Made by a program: the position numbers and the translations under genes. Positions 58,281 through 64,000 of a DNA stretch of 64,000 bases are shown in pieces. Numbering within the stretch: the first letter of the stretch is position 1; each line of letters starts with the position of its first letter. The notes beneath the pieces were generated by a model. That model did not search any database and had not been told where the DNA came from. It saw nothing but the letters and a program-made list of their open reading frames with translations. This DNA is from Chloroflexota bacterium (GTDB lineage: Bacteria; Chloroflexota; Dehalococcoidia; UBA2979): NCBI GenBank assembly GCA_027593235.1, contig JAQCIU010000008.1, forward strand, positions 47,871 through 111,870, written 5' to 3'.

Positions 58281-58924
58281 GCGCCGCGGCCCAGGGAAGA
58301 ACGCTCTTCCATAATCATGTCCTGGAGCGCGAGGAATGAGTCGATCAACGCCTCCGGGCGCGGGGGGCATCCGGGGACGTAGACGTCGACCGGGATGATC
58401 TTGTCGACACCCTGGAGGACGCGGTCGTAACGGGTGTAGGGACCGCCGTTGGTGGCGCAGGCACCCATGGAGATGACCCACTTGGGGTTCGGCATCTGTT
58501 CGTAGAGCAGCTTGACCGCGGGGGCCATCTTTTTGGTGACCGTGCCGGCGACGATCATCACGTCCGACTGGCGGGGGGACGGCCACGGCACGATGCCGAA
58601 GCGGTCCAGGTCGTAGTGGGACATGTAGGTCCCGATCATCTCGATGGCGCAGCAGGCGAGGCCGAAGGTCATCGGCCAGAGCGATGACTTCCTCGATGCG
58701 GCGAGTACGAGATCGAGCGGCACCTGCATGACGCCGGGCAGTGCCTGGCGATAGAGCGCCTTACCGGGCTGCGGGACGATCGGCGCCAAGACGGGCGCCT
58801 CGTTCGGGTGCTCGCCAGGAGGCGTTGGCATTGCCGGCGGCGCCTCGGGGGTGGCGGGGGCCACCGCCGGAGCGGCGGTTTCGGTGGTCGCGGTGGAGGT
58901 TTCGAGGTCGGAGCTTATCGCCAC
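58277..58924 (-). CDS. nuoB: Complex I subunit B
   Basis: [31 protein letters not shown]; GTG 58924 overlaps the nuoA end. Confidence 0.96.
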   Translation of the reverse strand: MAISSDLETSTATTETAAPAVAPATPEAPPAMPTPPGEHPNEAPVLAPIVPQPGKALYRQALPGVMQVPLDLVLAASRKSSLWPMTFGLACCAIEMIGTYMSHYDLDRFGIVPWPSPRQSDVMIVAGTVTKKMAPAVKLLYEQMPNPKWVISMGACATNGGPYTRYDRVLQGVDKIIPVDVYVPGCPPRPEALIDSFLALQDMIMEERSSLGRGA

Positions 58925-59289
58925 TGGAGCGCTCCCTTCTTCCACGCGTAGGCGAGGCCGAGCGACAGGATCCCTATGAAGACGACCATGGTCCAGTACG
59001 CCAACGGACCGACGCCGACGAACGACAGGGCCCACGGGAAGATGAAGACGGCTTCAACGTCAAAGATGATGAAAAGAATTGCATAGAGGTAGAAGCGGTT
59101 ACCGACATTGGTGGAGGCACGTCGCAGCGGCAGCATGCCGCACTCGTAGGTGGTGCCCTTTTCCCGCTCCTCGGAGAAGGGGGCGAGCAGCCGTGACCCA
59201 ATGAGGGCACTGAAGACAAGGAAAAAGCCAGCGATGCTGGCGATCAGAACAGGAATGTAGTTCGAGAAGAGCTGGTCGATCGGCAGCAC
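58915..59289 (-). CDS. nuoA: Complex I subunit A
   Basis: [19 protein letters not shown]. Confidence 0.96.
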   Translation of the reverse strand: MLPIDQLFSNYIPVLIASIAGFFLVFSALIGSRLLAPFSEEREKGTTYECGMLPLRRASTNVGNRFYLYAILFIIFDVEAVFIFPWALSFVGVGPLAYWTMVVFIGILSLGLAYAWKKGALQWR

Positions 59290-59348
59290 TTATCGTCCGA
59301 TCCTGGCCACTACGGCCCGCGTAGGGCCCACCCCTCCGCGCCGCCGGG

Positions 59349-59377
59349 ACGGTATCAACGGCCCGAAACAGTGTCAA
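59349..59377 (-). promoter_or_regulatory. Sigma70-type promoter of the nuo operon
   Basis: TTGACA-17 nt-TACCGT on the minus strand, about 60 nt before nuoA. Confidence 0.6.
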
Positions 59378-59549
59378 CGAAATCGTCTCTACGAACGACC
59401 CTCCCCCTGCTCACACGTCAATCATTCGCGGCGCGGCATGGCCGTCGGCACCCAGCGCGCTACCGCTCGCGGCCCGCCGGGGAACGCGGCGAGACGGGAC
59501 TCGAATGCGCCGGCGGCACTCAAGGCACGACAGAGCTCGGCCGGTGGTA

Positions 59550-59578
59550 TTGACATGACCTGTTGATGATGTCATTAT
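59550..59578 (+). promoter_or_regulatory. Promoter with overlapping inverted repeat (TGACAT-N12-ATGTCA)
   Basis: TTGACA-17-CATTAT; palindrome 59551-59574. Confidence 0.6.
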
Positions 59579-59618
59579 GCCACCATATCGACCGCAAGGA
59601 TGAAGTCTAGAGGTTGCC

Positions 59619-59777
59619 ATGTTCCAGAAGTACTACAGTGCGATCATTGGGGACGGGCGGATCAGCCGCCCCACATACGACGAATCGCGACGCGATCTAC
59701 AACGGATGTTCGCCGGACGGACGCCGGGAAGTGACTGGGATGCGGGTATCGATCGCCGCCATTTTCGACGCATTTGA
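59619..59777 (+). CDS. Putative 52-aa small protein
   Basis: GAGG RBS; MFQKYYSAIIGDGRISRPTYDESRRDLQRMFAG...; below the ORF-track cut-off. Confidence 0.4.
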   Translation: MFQKYYSAIIGDGRISRPTYDESRRDLQRMFAGRTPGSDWDAGIDRRHFRRI

Positions 59778-60249
59778 TGGGCCGCTCTCGCTGATTGACG
59801 ACGAGCAGGAGCGGAAGCGGATCGCGCGCGTCCTTGAAGCGGGGCGACCGGCCGTGGAAAACGCGGTTTATCGGATGTTCGCGGAGGCCGTTCGCGGCGT
59901 AAACGAGAGCCTCGATGGATCCCGCCTCGATGTTCGGCTGGTCGACGACGGCGTCGATATCGAGGTGATCGAAGAGGCGGAGCCGAGCACGCTCGAGAGC
60001 GACTTCTCGATTTCGCCCGGGGACGTGGAGAAGCTGACGCTGCGGATCATCGAGCCGCTGAAGAAGGCGGCAGCCGAGGCGGCGGCAGAAGAGGGGCGCT
60101 CGCTGAACAACTGGATCAGTTCAGCGCTGGCGCGTCACCTGGAGCGACGGCAGCGGCAGGGCCGGCACGAGATGCGCCGCGCAGCCCGTGAGATGCGCCG
60201 CGCCGCCCGCGGTATGGCCGGGCACGACGACGACGACATCGTCGACTAG
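59740..60249 (+). CDS. HicB-like ribbon-helix-helix DNA-binding protein
   Basis: KLTLRIIEPLK..A...A..EGRSLNNWI..AL; EMRRAAR tandem duplication near the C-terminus. Confidence 0.75.
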   Translation: MRVSIAAIFDAFDGPLSLIDDEQERKRIARVLEAGRPAVENAVYRMFAEAVRGVNESLDGSRLDVRLVDDGVDIEVIEEAEPSTLESDFSISPGDVEKLTLRIIEPLKKAAAEAAAEEGRSLNNWISSALARHLERRQRQGRHEMRRAAREMRRAARGMAGHDDDDIVD

Positions 60250-60319
60250 GGGTCTTCGACCCTCCTTGACCCTTCGGGCCTTCGGCTCGCGAAACTGCGC
60301 TCGAGCCGGGCGCCCTCGG

Positions 60320-63028
60320 TTAGCCCAGTTCGGTCAGGCTCTGGCGCAGTCCCGCTAGTCGGGACTGCGCTGTTTCGAGGCGATCCCGCTCGCGCTGGGC
60401 GACGTCCGCAGGGGCGCGGGCGGTGAACTGCTCGTTGCCGAGCTTGCCCTCGATGCCACCGACCTCGCGCTCTGCTTCGGCGATCTGCTTGCCGATGCGC
60501 TCGCGCTCGACTGCGGGATCGAACAGCCCTGCCATCGGCAGGGCGACCTGGCCGACGGCAAGTACCGAGGTGACCACACCCTCCGAGGGCGCTTCGGCTG
60601 TTGTCGCGACGACGTGCAGCGGGCGCACGCGAGCGAGCTGCTCGATGGCGTCGCTGAGCGCGGTGGCGCTCTCGACGGCGTCGCCACCGACGACGTAGGC
60701 CTCGATCCAGCGGCCGGCGTCGACGCGCTTCTCGGCGCGGATGTTGCGGATGGCGCGCACGAACTCCTGGACCGCCTCGAAACTGGCTTCCGCCGCTTCG
60801 TCGATCAGCGCCGTGTTGGCCTCGGGATAGCGGGCGACGATCAGCGCTTCTGCGCCGTCGGGGTCGGGTGCGATCGCGGCGAGGCGCTGCCAGATCTCCT
60901 CGGTGACGAACGGCATGAACGGGTGCAGCATCCGCAGCGTGCGGTCGACGACGTGAACCAGCACGGGCAGCGGCGTGCGGTCGTCGGCACGGACGCGCAC
61001 CTTGGCGACCTCGATGTACCAGTCGGCGAACTCGTCCCAGAAGAAGTCACGGGTCTGGCGCAGCGCCTCGGCGAGCTCGAAGCGACCGGTGAGTCGCTCC
61101 ACGTTCTGGTTCACCTGGTTCAACCGCGACAACACCCAGCGGTCCTCGACCGGCATCGTCGCCGGGTCCGGCAGCGACAGGTCGTCGCCCTCCTCCACCA
61201 TGCCGAGGGCAAAGCGGGAGGCGTTCCACAGCTTGTTGGCGAAGTTGCGACCGGCCTCGAGACGTTCGTCGCTGAGGCGCTGGTCGTTGCCGGGCGAGGT
61301 GCCGGAGAGCAGCGCGAAGCGCAGCGCGTCGGAGCCGTACTGGTCCACGGCGCCCAGCGGGTCGACTGCCGTGCCCTTGGACTTCGACATCTTCGAGCCG
61401 TCGGCTGCGCGGACGAGGCCGTGCAGGTAGACGTGCTCGAAGGGGACGACGCCGTCCATGTTGTAGAGAGACAGCATTATCATCCGCGCCACCCAGAAGA
61501 AGATGATGTCGTAGCCGGTCTCCATCACCTGGGTGGGGTAGAAGCGCTTCAGGTCCTCGGCGTCCTCGTCGGGCCAGCCGAGCGTCGAGTGCGGCCAGAG
61601 GCCCGAGGAGAACCAGGTGTCGAGGGTGTCCTCGTCCTGGGTGATGTTGGAGCCCTCGCAGGACTCGCAGAACGTCGGGTCGGTGATGCCGACGGTGAGC
61701 GCCTCGCAGTCCTCGCAGTACCAGACCGGGATGCGGTGGCCCCACCAGATCTGACGGCTGATGCACCAGTCGCGGATGTTCTCCATCCAGTGCAGGTAGG
61801 TGCGCTCGAAGCGTTCCGGCACGAACTTGATGCGGCCGTCCTTGACCGCCTCGATCGCCGGGTCGGCGAGCGGCTGGATCTTGACCCACCACTGGAGCGA
61901 CACCAACGGCTCGATGATGGCGCCGGAGCGTTCGCTGTGGCCGACGGCGTGCGTGTAGGGCTCGGTCTTCTCGAGGAGCCCGGCCGACTCGATGTCGGCG
62001 ACGATCCGCCGGCGACCCTCGTCGCGGTCGAGTCCGGCGTACTGGCCGGCGTTCTCGTTCAGCGTCCCGTCGAGGTTGAGGATGTTGATGATCTCGAGGC
62101 CGTGGCGCTCGCCGATCTCGAAGTCGACGGGGTCGTGCCCGGGGGTGACCTTGAGCGCTCCCGAACCACCCTCGATGTCGACGGCTTCGTCGGCGATCAC
62201 GGTGACGGCGCGGCCAGTCATGGGAACGATCACCTTGCGGCCCACGAGGTCGCGGAACCGATCGTCCTCGGGGTTCACAGCGACGGCGGTGTCGGCCGGG
62301 ATCGTCTCGGGGCGGGTGGTGGCGATCACGACGTAGCGGTCAGTCGGATTGCCCTCGTCGTCCGCGATCGGGTAGCGGACGTGCCAGAAGGCGGACTCCA
62401 CGTCCTCGTACTCGACCTCGATGTCGGAGACGGCAGTCTGGCTGACCGGGTCCCAGTTGATCAGGCGCTCGGCACGGTAGATCAGGCCGTCGTCGTAGAG
62501 CTTCTTGAAGGTGAGACGGACGGCACGCTCGCGCGCCTCGTCCATCGTGAAGGCCTCGCGCTCCCAATCGGCGGAGGCGCCAAGGCGCCGGTGCTGCTCG
62601 GCGATCCTCGAGCGGGACGTGTTCACGAACTCCCAGACGCGCTTGAGGAACTCCTCACGGCCGATGTCGTGCCTCGAAATGCCCTGCTCGCGGAGCTGGC
62701 GCTCGATGATGGCGTTCACGGCGATCGCGGCGTGGTCGACGCCTGGCAGCCAGAGCGTGTCGTCGCCCTTCATGCGGTGCCAGCGGACCAGGGCGTCTTC
62801 GACAGCGGTGGTCAGTGCGTGGCCGACGTGCAACTCACCGGTGAGGTTGGGTGGCGGCTGAATGATCGTGAACGGAGTCGCGCCCGGACGACTCGGGCGG
62901 AAGGCACCGCTCTGTTCCCAGCCGGCATAGACCCGCTGTTCGACCGAGCGCGGATGGTAGGCGGTACTCATCTCGATGCCTTCGGCAGGCGCCATCTCGT
63001 TCGCGTCAGTCGTCGGCTCTGTGGTCAT
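60320..63028 (-). CDS. valS: Valyl-tRNA synthetase
   Basis: PPPNLTG.LHVGH, WCISRQIWWGH, LDTWFSS, KMSKS, C-terminal coiled coil. Confidence 0.98.
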   Translation of the reverse strand: MTTEPTTDANEMAPAEGIEMSTAYHPRSVEQRVYAGWEQSGAFRPSRPGATPFTIIQPPPNLTGELHVGHALTTAVEDALVRWHRMKGDDTLWLPGVDHAAIAVNAIIERQLREQGISRHDIGREEFLKRVWEFVNTSRSRIAEQHRRLGASADWEREAFTMDEARERAVRLTFKKLYDDGLIYRAERLINWDPVSQTAVSDIEVEYEDVESAFWHVRYPIADDEGNPTDRYVVIATTRPETIPADTAVAVNPEDDRFRDLVGRKVIVPMTGRAVTVIADEAVDIEGGSGALKVTPGHDPVDFEIGERHGLEIINILNLDGTLNENAGQYAGLDRDEGRRRIVADIESAGLLEKTEPYTHAVGHSERSGAIIEPLVSLQWWVKIQPLADPAIEAVKDGRIKFVPERFERTYLHWMENIRDWCISRQIWWGHRIPVWYCEDCEALTVGITDPTFCESCEGSNITQDEDTLDTWFSSGLWPHSTLGWPDEDAEDLKRFYPTQVMETGYDIIFFWVARMIMLSLYNMDGVVPFEHVYLHGLVRAADGSKMSKSKGTAVDPLGAVDQYGSDALRFALLSGTSPGNDQRLSDERLEAGRNFANKLWNASRFALGMVEEGDDLSLPDPATMPVEDRWVLSRLNQVNQNVERLTGRFELAEALRQTRDFFWDEFADWYIEVAKVRVRADDRTPLPVLVHVVDRTLRMLHPFMPFVTEEIWQRLAAIAPDPDGAEALIVARYPEANTALIDEAAEASFEAVQEFVRAIRNIRAEKRVDAGRWIEAYVVGGDAVESATALSDAIEQLARVRPLHVVATTAEAPSEGVVTSVLAVGQVALPMAGLFDPAVERERIGKQIAEAEREVGGIEGKLGNEQFTARAPADVAQRERDRLETAQSRLAGLRQSLTELG

Positions 63029-63064
63029 CGGGCGCTCCGGTCGTGCCTCGCGGCGTTCGAGGGC

Positions 63065-63092
63065 AATAAGAAAGCCCCGCTTGGCGGGGCTT
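63065..63092 (-). terminator. Attenuator terminator in the valS leader
   Basis: AAGCCCCGC-CAA-GCGGGGCTT-TCTTATT oriented toward valS, 36 nt before its ATG. Confidence 0.85.
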
Positions 63093-63126
63093 CACGACAG
63101 GGTGGCGGCGGCCTCGCCGCCGTCGG

Positions 63127-63165
63127 CTACCTGTCGTGGGTGGATACTACTACGGGGCTGTACAT
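63127..63165 (-). CDS. valS leader peptide MYSPVVVSTHDR
   Basis: ATG TAC AGC CCC GTA GTA GTA TCC ACC CAC GAC AGG TAG. Confidence 0.8.
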   Translation of the reverse strand: MYSPVVVSTHDR

Positions 63166-63174
63166 CAGACCCTG

Positions 63175-63204
63175 ATGGTAGGAGGCCGCGCGGAGCGGGG
63201 TCAA
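63175..63204 (-). promoter_or_regulatory. valS promoter
   Basis: TTGACC-18 nt-TACCAT, 9 nt before the leader ATG. Confidence 0.65.
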
Positions 63205-63278
63205 TGCGGGGAGCCTCGATCGGCCTCGGGGCCGGGGCGGGGCGCGATCGGATCGACTGCGGGGGCGGGCGACGCGGA

Positions 63279-63581
63279 TCAGTCGCCGGCACCATGCGAC
63301 GAGATTGGCGCTCGACCGAGGTGCTCGCGCGTCTCGGCGACTGGTGCCGGGCTGTTTGGCTGACTGAGCCGTTCAAGCTGTGCGGGTTCGACCCAGGCGC
63401 GCCCGATCGGCGGCCGCCGATCGTCCGGCCCGTCCGGCCCGACGGCGTAGGTATCGAACTCAATCGCACCGCACCAACATCCCCAACTGTCCGCGCGATG
63501 TACCTGCGCGATGGGGAGCGAAACCACTGCATGCCGCACATGCTGGTGCGTCAGGGCGAGTCGAGCATCGCGATTCGGCAT
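63279..63581 (-). CDS. Putative 100-aa hypothetical protein with H..CWC motif
   Basis: GGGAGA before ATG 63581; HRADSWGCWCG; no recognisable family. Confidence 0.3.
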   Translation of the reverse strand: MPNRDARLALTHQHVRHAVVSLPIAQVHRADSWGCWCGAIEFDTYAVGPDGPDDRRPPIGRAWVEPAQLERLSQPNSPAPVAETREHLGRAPISSHGAGD

Positions 63582-63770
63582 CGGTCTCCCTGTAGTTCTC
63601 CTCCCCGCACTTTCCATTGGACCGGCGCTGGTCAGCCAAAGCTAGGCATTTCTATTAACGTTCCGTGATTACCAGCAAACGATTGCCTGTCGACGATCAG
63701 GCTCTGCGGGAGAGTCGATCGGGTTCGCGCTCGCTGAAGCGTCAATACACGGCGAAAGCCGAATCGATGG

Positions 63771-64000
63771 GAGGCGGGCCGGCGACTCGAGCTGGAACGA
63801 GCCGCCGACCCAGATCCTCTGGAGCGGGCCGACGACTCGAGCTGGAACGAGCCGCCGACCCGGATGCTCTGGAGCGGGTCGACGACTCGAGCTGGAACGA
63901 GCCGCCGACCCAGATGCTCTGGAGCGGGTCGACGACTCGAGCTGGAACGAGCCGCCGACCCAAATGCTCTGGAGCGGGCCCACGACTCGAGCTGGAACGA
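63771..64000. repeat. 50-bp tandem repeat array (at least 4.4 copies, runs off the window)
   Basis: Unit gacgactcgagctggaacgagccgccgacccagatgctctggagcgggtc starting at 63781, 63831, 63881, 63931 and 63981. Confidence 0.97.

Noticed and set aside
56587-58924. Group 4 [NiFe]-hydrogenase instead of complex I
   Set aside because: NuoD lacks the N- and C-terminal CxxC Ni-binding motifs (it ends SEVDR).
60614-63175. Long antisense ORFs (also 31107..33359, 22748..25096, 10113..11351, 44851..46374)
   Set aside because: Shadow frames opposite well-supported genes, expected in high-GC DNA; no motifs.
63029-63200. T-box riboswitch for valS
   Set aside because: No GGTGGNACC T-box on the sense (minus) strand; the GGGTGG seen is on the opposite strand, and the leader is short and holds a Val-rich uORF instead.
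63771-64000. CRISPR array
   Set aside because: Segments between the conserved cores are short and nearly identical rather than unique spacers; no cas genes in the window.

Overview
High-GC core-genome window, most consistent with a Chloroflexota (Dehalococcoidia-like) bacterium. This is inferred from the 11-subunit nuo operon without nuoEFG, class F sortases with PxDTG substrates and AGAAC-N4-GTTCT-type SOS boxes. Housekeeping content: cnoX/ybbN, rnhA, gyrA-thiL-tsaE-tsaB-ndk, rsfS, mnmA, three tRNAs (Pro-CGG, Ser-CGA, Ser-GGA), two glutamine synthetases, a MaoC pair, nuoABCDHIJKLMN and valS. There is also a cell-envelope cluster (sortases, surface proteins, ECF sigma/anti-sigma, S8 protease) and an mrfA-dinB-mrfB repair operon. 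Main observations: (1) an unannotated 12-aa Val-Val-Val leader peptide with alternative hairpins and an intrinsic terminator in front of valS, a candidate ribosome-mediated valine attenuator in place of a T-box; (2) a 50-bp hairpin-forming tandem array at the window end; (3) a shared C-terminal 'Y-x-x-GAPAFV' domain on two surface proteins flanking the ECF sigma pair; (4) twin LexA-like boxes in front of a DinB-containing MrfAB operon; (5) three degenerate receiver-domain regulators with no kinase; (6) a deletion junction fusing two 5'-truncated divergent genes; (7) repeated leaderless-mRNA promoter architecture; (8) mini-ORFs bridging nuo genes. All calls were made by eye, without database searches.
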